This document shows positions 1 to 13,946 of a stretch of 64,000 nt of DNA, one piece after another (the stretch's first letter is position 1; the number at the start of each line of letters is the position of its first letter). The notes beneath the pieces were generated by a model that ran no database searches, was not told the origin of the DNA, and was given only the letters and a program-made list of their open reading frames with translations. Location: contig NC_087252.1 in assembly GCF_037042905.1 (NCBI RefSeq), positions 23,066,001 to 23,130,000 of the forward strand, in the 5' to 3' direction. Origin of the DNA: Lytechinus pictus (taxonomy: Eukaryota). A program made the position numbers and the translations under genes.

Positions 1-220
1 TAACAATTATTCTGAAGAATATAGTGATGTTGTTCATGATAAAATACTGTAATGATATAATGAAAATAATCCTGAAGAATATATTAATATTTTTTTTAAT
101 ATGACAATGATAATGATAAAAAAATTCTAATGATGATGATAATATGCATGTAATATCAATGCTCATTATTTTGTACGGATTAATAGTTTAACATTGTGAA
201 CTCAAAAAATATGAACGTCA

Positions 221-748
221 GGGGCCCATCTAACAAAAAGTTGCGATTGATCCGATCAATCACAACTATGGACGGCCAGCAACGTCGTCATCTATTATGC
301 ATGTTTGTTCAAAATATTTTCCAGCTATGATGTATATTCATGCATTCATTGTTTCTTGAAAATTCACTGTGCTTCTCTTTGTTTACGAAGGACATTGTGC
401 AAATTTCCTGTAGAAAAAAATTATGACACTTACGGATTTCCATAGAGTTACAATTGATTGGACCAATCATAACTCTTTGTAAGACAGGGCCCAGCCCCGT
501 CTTTCAAAGATTCATGATTGATCCAATCTATCAGTGTCATCATTTTTTTCTACAGGAAAATTTGCAAAATGTCCTTTGTAAAAAAAAAAGGAGAATGCAC
601 CAAATTGTCAAGAAATCAATGAATTTATGGATATACCTTCATATCTAAAAATTTTTAAAAGAAACATGCATTTTAGATGATGACTTTGCTGACTTTCCAT
701 AGTTGTGATTGATTGGATCCATCGCAACTCTTTGTAAGACTGGGCCCT
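221..748. mobile_element. Two adjacent, oppositely oriented copies of a ~270-bp MITE
   Basis: TIR GGGCCC(C)GTCTTACAAAGAGTT. Other copies at about 22225-22484, 37527-37797 and 61829-62100. Confidence 0.75.
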
Positions 749-3700
749 GGAGTTAGGTACCTTGTCGAAAGTTAGCCATGCGTCATTCAATGGCAAACGC
801 CGGAAGCAGCCATTCATCACCGATTCTCCCATTTCAGAACAATTGGGAGTGCAAGAAAGCCACTGTGAAAAGACACATACATGTAGTGCCTTCATAGCAG
901 GAATAAGCCCCGCGTTAGCATATATGTATGATACGTATGTGCCGTGGTCGAAACCCCCTAAATTTCTGTTCCAGAGCATCACCAATTTAGAAATTCCATA
1001 GAAATTCCTATTTTCCCCATTCCAGAGACTTTGTGGTTTCTCGTTCCAGTGGGGCGCCAATCATGGACTACTCAGCTGGTCGGGGTGGCGAGCTCGATCG
1101 ACGCGGAGTCATATGAGTTCCGTTGACACCCATTTTTTATATGGTCAGTTCCAGAGCAATGCATTTTTAGCAATCGTTGATTCAAGGGCCATTCCGGAGA
1201 CCCCCATTTTAAAGACCAATATTTAGTTCCAGAGCCCCCTATTTTCGACTTTGGTGTGGTACATCTATTAGGAATCATGTTATTATTCGAGTAGCCCCCC
1301 CCCCCCTCCCCCTTCCCGGATTAAGATCCAACACCAAATTTTGACAAGGTACCTTCAACTTTGGTTTACAATGATTAGGATACCAATTGGTTTACACAGC
1401 AGTACTGAGTTCTCTTCTTTCATATGCTTACATTGTCTTTCATTATTCATGTTATTTCTACTTAAGTTTTGCTCATTTTTGCTTTCATTTGAATATTTCT
1501 GTATTTTACGATTCAGCTGATGCTGCAGATCGATCCTGAAATGAAAATATCCATTGTTGTTATTATTATGATTCTTATTCATGATGTTATTTTTGTTGTT
1601 TTATTATCGTCATTACTATGGCTGTACAATGGGCCAATGAAATGGATATATTGCAACTCTGAAAGATCAGTGAATATAATACTCGGTTTTGTGATGACAT
1701 TTTAATTTAAAAACTGAAGTAATTGATGCATGCCACGGATAATTGCCTAATGGCAGCGATACTGTAGGAATGCCCTGAGACCCTCGCATAAATAAAGTAG
1801 AACAATACATTTAAACTGTTGGAATTGATTAAAATCACCTTCATAGTCTATTTTTGGCATATATGACATGCCAATTGTTCATACACATATTAGCAATTGT
1901 GTCGATCCGTAGAAAGTTCTATTCATCTGGGGGATATGACGTAACAATACAAAGCGCCATCCCCCCAATGAATAGAAAGCGCGAGCGGATCTACGCCCAT
2001 GCATGTTAGCATCTGAGAATCTTTTAGATTATTTACTGCCGGAACTTTAAATAGGATAATATATAGAGAGTATATTTTTTGCGAAGGTGTGTGAAAAACA
2101 CATTTTTTATGAATATCATGTACAAGCTTAATAGTCTAAATCTGAAATTTTTTCAAGTACATCTTTCTTCAGGGCAATTAAGAGCAAATCAGATGTTTAC
2201 TATGTAAGGTAGCATATAAACAATCAAACAGTACTACAAATGATTTCATGTAGCGAGTCATTTTTGTTTCATTTATCATCTATGCATCAGTTTTATATTT
2301 TTATATCGTGTGTTCTTCTTATCAGTGGTGGTGGTGTTTTATCATTTTTATTACCATGTACATGCATTTTAATTTTATTAGACAGAAAAATTAAATCTTA
2401 TGTGAATTTTTTTTATAATTATGTGGATTCTTGTTGAAAAGAAACACTTTTCTTCTGAAATATATATATATATGCATAAATGTATATGATTGTTTTCGGT
2501 AATGTAGTCCAGCACTCACTTACAGGTTTCATTAATGCATAAAATTATGTACATGTAGAGGACGCCAAAATTGCAATAGATCATGTTCGTAATGTAGTGA
2601 TAGTATTATTACATTTGAAATATATTTGTATGCCATACATACATATACACTCATGTTTTTACCTTCTTTTTTAGAAAACATATTTTTAAATATCAGACTT
2701 TCTTTGTCACTATGAACGTTTGAAATGACATTTATATATATAAACTCCATTCAGTTCCAGCAGGTTAGTATGTCAAGCAATTCAAGACCTTAAATCACAA
2801 TGAAATAACACATGCGGATCTAGCTGGATCAGACGCAATAAGCCTGTTCACGGTTGTAAACTGCGCACGAGCAGAAAAAGGTCATTTGAGACAACCATGA
2901 AGGTGGCTTTCAAATTCACTGACATAGGCATTTGTGATTTGATGATTATTCATGTATTCCTTTCAAAATATTTATCACATCCAAGCTGAAGAGTAATAAA
3001 TAGAGCCTTCATAATCACTGGTATTTGACAGTAGCCTAAACAATAGTCAAATGTGCCAAAGGCGGACAATAAAACAGATTTCCAAACTTTATCCCTGATG
3101 TACTATTCTAGTCACCTGGTCTATACAATGCCTTTTGTTCTTAGAATTTGAATACTCTACCGGTAAAGCTTACGCAACATCTACATTTAAAAATGATAGT
3201 GCTTATCCTAATGAAAAATCACAAAGGTCATTTAAGAAAAGTTGATCATGAGCTAACCGTGAACTGGCTTATTCTTTTGATGGGCCCACCATTTTGCACA
3301 AACAATTTGGCCTCAAACATTGTATTGCATCTAACCCAGCTGGAATCGCAATTGGAATATGCTGTTAATACATAAATTATAGTTATTAATTTTGTTATTC
3401 ACAATTCTTGTTTTCTTTACTGATCAATCTGGATGATGTATATATATTTTTTATAAAGATGGGAGATCAGATATTTGATCACAGTGAAAGTTCTCAACTT
3501 TCTTTCAACATATTTCATGTGGTAAGAAATCATTAAGTGTATTAGACTTCATAGCAGTCATAATATGATTGATTCAAAATAAAATAATGCTCTTCTGTCT
3601 TATATACCACATTCTAAAAAGTTTTATATGATTCTTTATTGAGTTATTGTTATATATTAGACCCTATACTCCCTGAGTCTTGTGGGTTGAGTTATAACCG

Positions 3701-6095
3701 GGGATGCAGGGGGTTAGAATTATGCCCCCTATAAAATCTCAGCCGAGGATTGCATAATCGCGACAAAGCGAATTATGTTGGTACAAAATGACATAATCTG
3801 CACGGTGGCATAGATAAATTTCACTAGATATATACATGTATATACATATATATATTTTTTTTTACAGGGGCAGATCCAGCTTTTTCCGGGGGGGGGGGGG
3901 GGGTGTCCAGAAGGACAATCACCCGGGAAGCGGCGAGCCAATTTATTTGTAGGTATTTCGAACCCCCTTAAGTTATGTTTTTCTAGCATCTACTAATGCA
4001 ATGCAGACCATTAAAGGCAGTTCATGCTGTAGGAATATATATTGTGTGGGTGCACATTATTATTATTTTTTACTTGGCAGCCTGATGGGGGTGGGGTGGT
4101 TAAGCCCCCTACCCCCCCCCCCCCTTCCCCCGGCCGTAGATCCGGCACTGTTTGATATGAATTTGTTGTGGTGATATATCCATAGAAAATAATTTGGCTT
4201 TATAAATAAAGTCCACAATTGCCATTTCAAGGGCTTTGCTTGAAGTTCAGTTATATTTCACTCTAATTTTTCATATGAATATACAATGGTAATTAAGTTA
4301 CCAATAGAATAGGAATTTAGCTATATGTAAAGCCCCTGAATTGCATTACAAAATATTTTTACCGATAAAAGGAACTTTAACAATATTCTTGTACATGTGA
4401 ATAAAGAGGACAAGAAGAAAGATGCAAATAAAAAGAGAAGAGGGAGAAAGAAGATGGTGACGTATGATCCTCATAAATCCCCAATTTAAGGGAAAATATG
4501 TCATGAACACATAATACATGGCCTGAAAGAGCATGTTATCCCAAATAATTTGATACCATATTCATGTGGTATGTGTTAACGCTTGGATGATCAGGAGGTA
4601 TTCTTTGCAGTGATGTAAATTTTGATTTGCGCCAAACTAAGGCACGACTGCAATGAATGAATCTAGATGTCGTGATCCTAAAGGGGTTGCATTAAAATCC
4701 ATTTCACTTTTTCAGTGATTTGCAATGTAATTGTTTTAATAAACACTTTTTTCCTGTCAATTTCATTAAAAAGGGATTTGCAAATATGGTGAAGCACTCA
4801 TGTACAATTATGACAACATATTGGCATCTGGGGTACATTCTTTGCAGTCATGCCTTACTTTGGCGCCAAATCAAAATTTACACCACTGCAAAGAATACCT
4901 ATTATCCAAGCGTGAAGGCATACCACAAAAATATGGTATCAAATTCTTCCGGTAGGAAGAAATTCCTTGAATGCTTGAGCGCCTATAGGCAGCTCAGCTA
5001 AAGCTGGGGTGATAATAATAGCAGGGCCCGCTGGTAGAACAGTTTTCGAAACTGAAGTGGCTACCCTGGGTAAATATACCTATATTATTATTATTTTTAA
5101 ATTATTTGGGAGAAAATGTTTTTTCCATCCATATAATGATTAGGCGTACCTTTTTTTTTTTGTAAATTGGGGATTTATGAGGTATCATTTTTTTTTTACT
5201 CACACGGTATATATCATGAATTATACCCAAGGAGATTAGTGAACAAATCTATAAAGTAAATAGAAATGAATAATGGGAAAATATATATGCTGAAATGAAT
5301 TATTAAGAAGCAAGAAAACATTTACTTCAACGTGCGGGGCGTATTTAAAGTCCCGATTATTAATAAAAGTGGATCCATAAGGCAAGAGAGATAGAGAGAG
5401 ATAAAGAAGATAATATTCTGTGGAAATGATCCAGCCCTGCATGAGTCCCTTTACACCATGTACACGGAACTTAGAATTGATTGTATACTTCATTTTCATG
5501 ATTGATCAGGGGCCGCGGAACGGTTTTAAAACAGGGAGGGGGTGGGGGTGACCATGCAAAAAATCATAAACAGATTGTTATTTTCACGTTTTGGGGTACA
5601 CGGTTTTTGGAAGAAAAAAAAGTGGGGGGTTGAAGCCCCTCCCACCCCCCTGGGATCTGCCGCCCCTGTTGATTATACATTGTGGTCATTAAAGGGGAAT
5701 TTTACCAAATTAGAGAAAATAGTGGTGAAGGTTTGATGAAAATCCATCAAATAAGAAAGTTATGACTTGTAAGATTTAAATTTGAGGCGATTATGCGAGC
5801 AGCTTCCCCATATGTTATGTAATGCCATAAATTAATTTTTTTTTAAAGGTCAAGTCCACCTCAGGAAAATCTTGATTTGAATCAATAGAAAATAATCAGA
5901 CAAGTATATATAATGCTGAATATTTCATCAAAATCGGATGTAAAATAAGAAAGTTATGACAGTTTGAAGTCTCGCTTATATTTCACAAAATATATGCACA
6001 ATTTAGTCAAGTGCAAATGAGAGAATGACCCCATTACGTAACCCCCACCCCCACAAGCCAAGGTGGGGGGGGGGGCTGTATGCCATATTCTTTAA

Positions 6096-6668
6096 AGGGA
6101 TGGTCCGGGCTGAAAATATTTATACATATATAGAGTAGAATTCACTAAGCAAAATGCCTAAAATTTCATAAAAATCGGATAATAAAGCTATTGAAGTTCA
6201 AAGTTTTGCAATATTTTGTGAAAACAGTCATCATGAATATTCATTAGGTGGGCTGATGATGTCACATCCCCACTTTCCGTTTTCTTATGTTATTACATAA
6301 AATCATAATTTTTTTCATTATATCATACTTGTGTGAATAATATGTCTCCCTTATAATGAAATATATTGCAGCAATAAATATCTAAGGCACTAAATCAGTT
6401 GTCAATCCAATTTTTCTAGTTCTTGGAGGAAAAAATTGAATAAACCTAATTTCATATAATAAAATACAAAATAACAAGTGGGGATGTGACATCATCAGCC
6501 CACTTAATGAATGTTCATGATGACTGTTTTCACAAAATATTGCTAAACTTAAAAATTCAATAACTTTGTAATTTGTTATCCGATTTTGAAGAAATTTTTG
6601 GCATTTTGCTTTGTGAATTCTACTCTTTATTTATTAAGCTATAAATACTTCCAGCCCGGACCATCCCT
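6096..6668. mobile_element. Kolobok-like non-autonomous DNA transposon (TTAA target)
   Basis: TTAA-AGGGATGGTCCGGGCTG ... CAGCCCGGACCATCCCT-TTAA, largely palindromic. Confidence 0.8.
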
Positions 6669-7177
6669 TTAAAGGAAACCAAAACCCAAGAAATTAAAGA
6701 AGCAGCTAGTCTTATTGGAAAGCGTAAAATAAGAGGAACATATCAATTCAATCACAGAATTTGATTTTCATTTTGGAAAGGTCAACAATTCTTCTCGCTT
6801 GCTTCACTTTCTCAATAAATTTTGTCACACATATGCGCCATGTACATAACTATTAGACCCCCTCTATTTGAATCGTCAACCCCCTCCCTAAACTGCATTG
6901 TCCATTGTCTTTGCCACCGGTCTCTTCAGACCTTTCTGGTTTAATTCCTTTCTAGAAAAGTGACTTAAGTGAAATCGGCCCGTGAAACTCGTATTTCATT
7001 GCTATTCGATTTGGTGAAACAGCGAATTAAGGGTACCATCGTGGGCCACCGCTGGGGCGGGGGAAGACTCTGTCTGAGCTTATGAACTTGATTTTGTGTG
7101 TGTTTTTCTTTATTCCGTAATTTTTACAAAATATATATGCATGCAGCTGTTGGTAATTATGGCAAGTAAATTCTTAA

Positions 7178-7777
7178 AGGGATATGGTCCAGGCTGAAAA
7201 TTTATATATCTGAATGAAAAATTGACAGCGCGAAATGTTGAAAATTTCATCAAAATCGGATAACAAATAACGAGTTATTGAATTATAAAGTTTATCAATA
7301 TTTTGTGAAAACAGTTATATGCACATCGTCATGAATATTCATAAGGTGGGCTGATGATGTCACATCCCCACTTTCTTTTTTCTTATGCTATTGAATGAAA
7401 TCATAAATGTTTCAATTTTTTTTATACATGTGTAAATGATGTGTCTCCATTATGATGAAATAAGTTGAGGCAATAAATAACGCCATGCACGTACTTTATC
7501 ATTTGTCAATCCAATTGTTTTAGTTCTTGGTAGAATTTTTTTGAATAAACCTAATTTCATATAATAAAATACAAAAGAAGAAGTTTATCATCAGCCCACC
7601 TATAATGAATATTCATAAAGGCATGCGGCATGCGTATAGAACTGATTCACCGGAGTAATGCAAATATTTACAATTCAATAAATTCGTTATTTGTTATCCG
7701 ATTTTGATCAAATTTTCAGCATTTTGCTTTGTGAATGATTTATTAAGATATAAATGTATCCAGCCTGCACCATCCCT
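7178..7777. mobile_element. Kolobok-like non-autonomous DNA transposon, same family
   Basis: TTAA flanks, AGGGAT..ATCCCT termini, body shared with 6096-6668. Confidence 0.78.
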
Positions 7778-8199
7778 TTAAGGAAACCGTATACATGCAC
7801 GCTATATACAAGACCATAATTATATAGCAATTATATTTTTTTGACTGAATAAACCATTGTCTATGGCTATGCCTACAATCACAAGGTCAATCCTACTCGA
7901 AAATTTGACTGAATAAAGCCATATTTTGGTATTCCATATATTCCACTTTTCCAGCATATAGATCTAATTCACCTTCTTCATAGTTTTTTGTCTATTTTGT
8001 AGGAGAGTGGAAATTGAAAAGCTAGGGAAACGAAACTAAAATATAAGGATGGTAGTAGCTCCCCGCACGAGACCCCCCCCCCCCGAAAAAAACAGAGAGA
8101 GAGAGAGACGTACTTGGCGAGATCAAATTTAGAGCCAGAGGGGGGGGGGGGGGTGTGGTCGAAACGGAGCTCAAATGCATGATGCATGCGCTAGCGCTA

Positions 8200-8273
8200 T
8201 TGCGGCAGTATTTGGATCATGTGATGTTGCTGCTGCGGAGATACTGCTGCAATCGTCCAAGACATTTTTTCTT
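8200..8273 (+). other. ATP6V1A: Putative non-coding first exon of ATP6V1A (5' end approximate)
   Basis: CpG-enriched patch ending in the donor CTT|GTAAGT at 8274. The first coding exon has an acceptor (TTTCCAG|15959) upstream of the ATG, so an upstream exon is expected. Confidence 0.5.
8216..8225 (+). promoter_or_regulatory. M-box/CLEAR-like E-box (MITF/TFEB-type)
   Basis: ATCATGTGAT at 8216-8225, with a second CACATGA at 8564-8570. V-ATPase genes are established MiT/TFE targets. Confidence 0.45.
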
Positions 8274-9753
8274 GTAAGTTATTTTCTTTTCCTAGTAGTT
8301 TTGGGGTATAATTTTTTTTATATTGTATGGTTGCCTAGCCTGTTTTTGCGTGTGGTTCTAGAGATTTCTCTTTGTTTTCCATTGCTATTGATGATGAATG
8401 TTGGTATTAATTTCTGAGGTCGAACCTTTTTTTTCGAGGAGGCAAGCCCACCGGTGTTTCCAAAGGAACACATTCTCATCTCTACTTCATCAGTGCGTGC
8501 GACTTCTTTTCAACGGTAATGAGTTGGGTGAATCACATTTTCGTGATAGATGTATCGTAATTGCACATGATCTGAATTTCAAGTTATTTCAATAGGACTT
8601 GTATATGTCGGGTGTGAGTGAGAGGTAGGGGGCTATTGTAACTTAAATAATGTTGCATGCGATATTTGTCCGTCTGTGATAATATTTTCGGCATTATCGT
8701 GCTTTCTGACTCCGGAGACAAAAAAGATCTGGGGGACAAAATTTCTCACATAAGCTTAGTCTCGACACTGGGTCTGAAGTTCCATCGCGCTCGAGTTGGC
8801 TCGCTCAGCGCTCACGATCAAAATCTTCCAGCGTGCGTGCGCAAGGGGCTATACTTTCTTATCACCCTCTCTCTCTCTCTCCCTCAAAACTTTCTCATTT
8901 GCTTTTTCGCTTTTCGAGTGTTGGCTTGGACTAAATAAAGAAATACCTGTTGGAAACTGGTTTGTTTGATTCTGCTCTTTCTTTTTCTAGAACGTTGTTA
9001 TCATTGATGGGATAACTGACTAAAAATAAAATTCGTGTATCGAGGAAAATGCCTCACACTTTGTCAAATCATTCTTGAACTCCAACATTCAGCAAACTAA
9101 ATGAATATCAATAATCCCTGCAGCTCGATACACAGCTTTCACAAACTAATTACTTTCCCCAAAATGATATCTACATGATACTATATGTATATTACAAGTG
9201 TGCAGGAATACATAATTCAATAGACATGTACATTTCACGGCTCGTTATGTACGCGTACCCAGCGCGTGCCACATGCTTGTTAATTTCTCGCACCTGTTGA
9301 TTGACTGAAAGTAGAATTTGCATCTGTCTTCTGAAAGTTGATAGAATCAAAATCGTCCTAAATTTATTTAGTCAGTGGTCGACAATCAGATTGATGATCT
9401 TCCAAATTCAAAGTTCTGTCTTATTTTGTCAGCCAATTGGGAATCTATAAAGGCCTTTCATGACTGACTGACTTAACTGACGAAATCTGAATAAAATGAT
9501 CGGTCAATTTATTTAGTCAGTGCCACAAATTTTGTTAATCTCTCTTAAATGTTACTAAGGAAAACAAATCTAATTATAAAATAACCCTGTCATATATCAA
9601 TCTTACATTTTATTTAGTCAGCGATAATTCAGCCAAGTTTACATTTTTTACTCCACTGTTTTCAAAGAAATTTCACTGTCATTTAATTAACCCATCGTTT
9701 GTCTCCTCTTCACTCTGCAACTTTTTACTATCCGCAAAATAAGTCACAGTATC

Positions 9754-11005
9754 AACTGTCTATATATTTATCCTCCTTTTTGACTCCACTTTTTAAACGA
9801 TATACGCACGGTAATTAACCTGTATATTCCATCAACCCCTCTTTTCCCTTCTCTTCAAAACCACTCTGCCACTTTTAGACAGTAGGCTATCCACTAAATA
9901 AATCAATTCAAACTGTCTATATCTTTATCCTCCTTTTTGACTCCACTTTTTTAACGATATACGCACGGTAATTAACCTGTATATTCCATCAACCCCTCTT
10001 TTCCCTTCTCTTCAAAACCACTCTGCCACTTTTAGACAGTAGGCTATCCACTAAATAAATCAATTCAAACTGTCTATATCTTTATCCTCCTTTTTGACTC
10101 CACTTTTTTAACGATATACGCACGGTAATTAACCTGTATATTCCATCAACCCCTCTTTTCCCTTCTCTTCAAAACCACTCTGCCACTTTTAGACAGTAGG
10201 CTATCCACTAAATAAATCAATTCAAACTGTCTATATCTTTATCCTCCTTTTTGACTCCACTTTTTAAACGATATACGCACGGTAATTAACCTGTATATTC
10301 CATCAACCCCTCTTTTCCCTTCTCTTCAAAACCACTCTGCCACTTTTAGACAGTAGGCTATCCACTAAATAAATCAATTCAAACTGTCTATATCTTTATC
10401 CTCCTTTTTGACTCCACTTTTTAAACGATATACGCACGGTAATTAACCTGTATATTCCATCAACCCCTCTTTTCCCTTCTCTTCAAAACCACTCTGCCAC
10501 TTTTAGACAGTAGGCTATCCACTAAATAAATCAATTCAAACTGTCTATATCTTTATCCTCCTTTTTGACTCCACTTTTTTAACGATATACGCACGGTAAT
10601 TAACCTGTATATTCCATCAACCCCTCTTTTCCCTTCTCTTCAAAACCACTCTGCCACTTTTAGACAGTAGGCTATCCACTAAATAAATCAATTCAAACTG
10701 TCTATATCTTTATCCTCCTTTTTGACTCCACTTTTTTAACGATATACGCACGGTAATTAACCTGTATATTCCATCAACCCCTCTTTTCCCTTCTCTTCAA
10801 AACCACTCTGCCACTTTTAGACAGTAGGCTATCCACTAAATAAATCAATTCAAACTGTCTATATCTTTATCCTCCTTTTTGACTCCACTTTTCCAACTAA
10901 ATTACGCATGGTAATTAACCTGTATATTTCATCAACCCCTCTTTTCCCTTCTCTTCAAAACCACTGCTCTGCCACTTTTAGACAGTTACAGCTATCCATC
11001 CAATA
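9754..11005. repeat. 157-bp tandem repeat, about 8 near-identical copies
   Basis: AACTGTC recurs at 9754, 9911, 10068, 10225, 10382, 10539, 10696 and 10853. Confidence 0.95.
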
Positions 11006-11020
11006 CAATTTCAACAAGCT

Positions 11021-11198
11021 TATTATTTATCTTCCTTTTTGACTCCAGCGCGTGTTATCGCGTGGCCAAAACCCATAGACGGAGCCAAAAAGAACGATAA
11101 GATTAAGATTCTGGGTTTTATCCTCCTTTTTGGCTCCGTCAATGGGTTTTGGCAACGCGATAACACGCGCTGGAGTCAAAAAGGAAGATAAAGTAATA
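11021..11198. repeat. Near-perfect ~178-bp palindrome
   Basis: Arms of about 78 bp with few mismatches; each arm is also internally self-complementary. Confidence 0.9.
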
Positions 11199-12989
11199 GT
11201 ACGCTGAAAATTATTGTGTGTGACTGTGTATGATATCATATCATCTAGGATGATCCATTATGATTTGGGGGTGTGATGATGCGAGAGTTATCATGCAACG
11301 TCGTGTCAACGGAGAAATTGTCCCATGTGCGAGAGTCTTGTCCAGTGAGAGAGCTCGCTGAATTTCTCGCATCATCTATTGAAAATCAACAAGGCGTGGT
11401 AGTGCTTAGTGAAATTCAGGTACTGTATACTTTATGACTCTGGAGTCAGCAATCACGATATGGCCATATTTTCTTGGTGCATCCCGCATGAACATCATGT
11501 TTTACAAAAGGAGACATTTCAAAGACATTATAACGGTGGATTGGTAGACTTAATAATGCTAATGGCAATGGCAATGCCTTTTTGCCCTTGTCATGCCAAT
11601 TTCAATAATGATAAATTATCCAGAGGCAGAGTTTTGAGAATGAGAATGAGAGAAAAGAAAAAATTGCAATAAAGTTGAGGCTAGCTTTAGCCTAGACTGT
11701 AGACAGGAATAACTGTCGTTTCTGGGGATTTATTCAGCAATTTCTGACATTTTACTATAATCCCCATTCACCGACGGTAGTGTGTTTATATAGTGCGAGC
11801 CTGCATGTGTAATCTGGTCGGCAATTCGGAGGACGGGTTTTGTCCAGATTTTAATTTCTTTTACATTCTAAATGACATATTATCTTGAACGCGATGGCCC
11901 ACTATTTTCGTTAGACTCTAATCTTTCTTTTGATACTATGTAAGTTCTATAAAATATCGAAAATATATGTTACCGATGAGTTATTCCCTGGGTTATTCCT
12001 TATTTTTTTAATTTTCTGCCGGAGAGGAAAAAATGGCAGCCGTCAACGAGTTGTGCTTTTATCAAGGCTTTCCGATTAAATTTTCAATATCCTGGCCAAT
12101 CAATGCGAGCGACAAGTTCCGAACGCACGCACATCTACAAGTGCATGGTTTGGGAAAAAGGTGGGGGGTGAGGGGGGCTGAAGTAATGTTGTAAATCGGA
12201 TCAAAAATCAGATCGAAAATCGGATCGGCAGTTAAGCTTCTAAAATCGAAATCGAATCGGCGATGTTTAGAAACAAAGGAATACATCATCATTTTGTTCG
12301 GGGTCGCGCGCATCTTCCTGACAAAGTCACAAAGACGAATGTTTAGGAATGGAAGTCGTTGACATGCGCGATCGTTTGGAACATGCTTTTAAAGGGTTTT
12401 GAGGCTTACCGTCACTGCTTTACAATAAAATGAGTTATTTTTATTAGAAAGATAACGAATGACGCATCTTCCGAGCAAAGTCGCAAAGGAAAATAATTCT
12501 CGTAGATCACAGGTCAATGAACGATCGGCGGGACATCTTTTATAAGTATTTTTATGTGAAGCTGAGCTCAGCTAAGTTCGCTCATTATAATATGTGATTA
12601 CAGCCACGCCCAATAACCATTCCAAAGTACACCTATTTTGTTATAATAGCTTACTTGGTACATCAGTTCTGGGAAAAGTTAAGTCACGCCTCACTATCGA
12701 TCTTTTTGTATACCCACCCACTCAACAATATCAGTGAATTACGCAATGCGTGCAAGCATTCACACAATACAAGTATAGTTTTGAGGCATAGCCGAGAATT
12801 GGAACCGCCCAGACTCAACGGGCTAGCGCAAAGTTCTTTACACTACCTTTTGGCATGTGCACGTGGTGGATTTGATTGACACTGTACGTTAACAGTGCTA
12901 TTCTTTGAGTTGGCTCACTGGCTGGATTAATGACAATATATCATCGCAAGTATGGCTTACAATACATGATACATACAACAGGCAACACA

Positions 12990-13535
12990 TCCATACACAC
13001 TGCTCTCAAACTCCCTTGCTATTATTCGTACCTAGGCCGTGTGTGCACTTATGGGCGGGATTTAAGCAGGGCATTGACTAGCATATACAACACATCCATG
13101 CACCCCAGCATTTATATACATTTCTCAAACTCCCTTGCTATTCATCCATTGTGTGAACTCATGGGCGGGATTATGACAAAAATTAGCGCAAGCACTAGCA
13201 TACATAATACATACAATACATTCCTGCACCCATGCAGTCACATACAGCTCTCAAACTCCATTGCTATTGGCCATTGTATTCACTTATGGGCGGGATTTAT
13301 CAGCATAAGCACTAGCATACATAATGCATACAACACATTCATGCACCCATGCAGTCACATACAGCTCTCAAACTCCATTGCTATTGGCCATTGTATTCAC
13401 TTATGGGCGGGATTTATCAGCGTAAGCACTAGCATACATAATGCATACAACACATTCATGCACCCATGCAGTCACATACAGCTCTCAAACTCCATTGCTA
13501 TTGGCCATTGTGTGCACTCATGGGCGGGATAAATG
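12990..13535. repeat. 117-bp tandem repeat, about 4.5 copies
   Basis: AGCACTAGCATAC at 13191, 13308 and 13426, with more diverged copies upstream. Confidence 0.9.
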
Positions 13536-13946
13536 ACAAACACAGTACAAGTACATGTTCCTTGTTTGTATTATACAATACATTGATTCCAAGTTCCACT
13601 CCCACCATACCAGTCAGCGCAGCTACCGGTAGGTCATCATAAGTAGGTCAACCTTTTATGAGTCATTTCTGACATTCCAGGAATCTGATTGTTCGAACTA
13701 TTCGATTGTTAAAAAGCTCTAAATAGCTAGCACCTCCGCAAGGACAATCTTAAAATATGTTCTGACCGCACTGTAATTAGATCTACAGGTATGCCGATTT
13801 TTTTATCCGATTTTTTCCTTCAAGGGGCATGATCGAAGATCGGCAAGTGATCGCCGATTGTTGTGAAATCGAATGGAATCGGTTGCCGATTGCAAAATCG
13901 GTTACAAGCTTAGGCTGAAGCCCCTCCAGCCTGCTGGATCCGTGGC

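Noticed and set aside
9754..11005. CRISPR-like regular array
   Set aside because: The whole 157-bp unit is repeated, with no spacers.
12000..12350. Alternative promoter (AAAATGGC, CCAAT, CpG-rich)
   Set aside because: No convincing donor or ORF follows, and it may be transposon interior, so it cannot be supported from sequence alone.
12930..13532. 200-aa ORF
   Set aside because: It is a by-product of a 117-bp (39-codon) tandem repeat and shows no recognisable domain.
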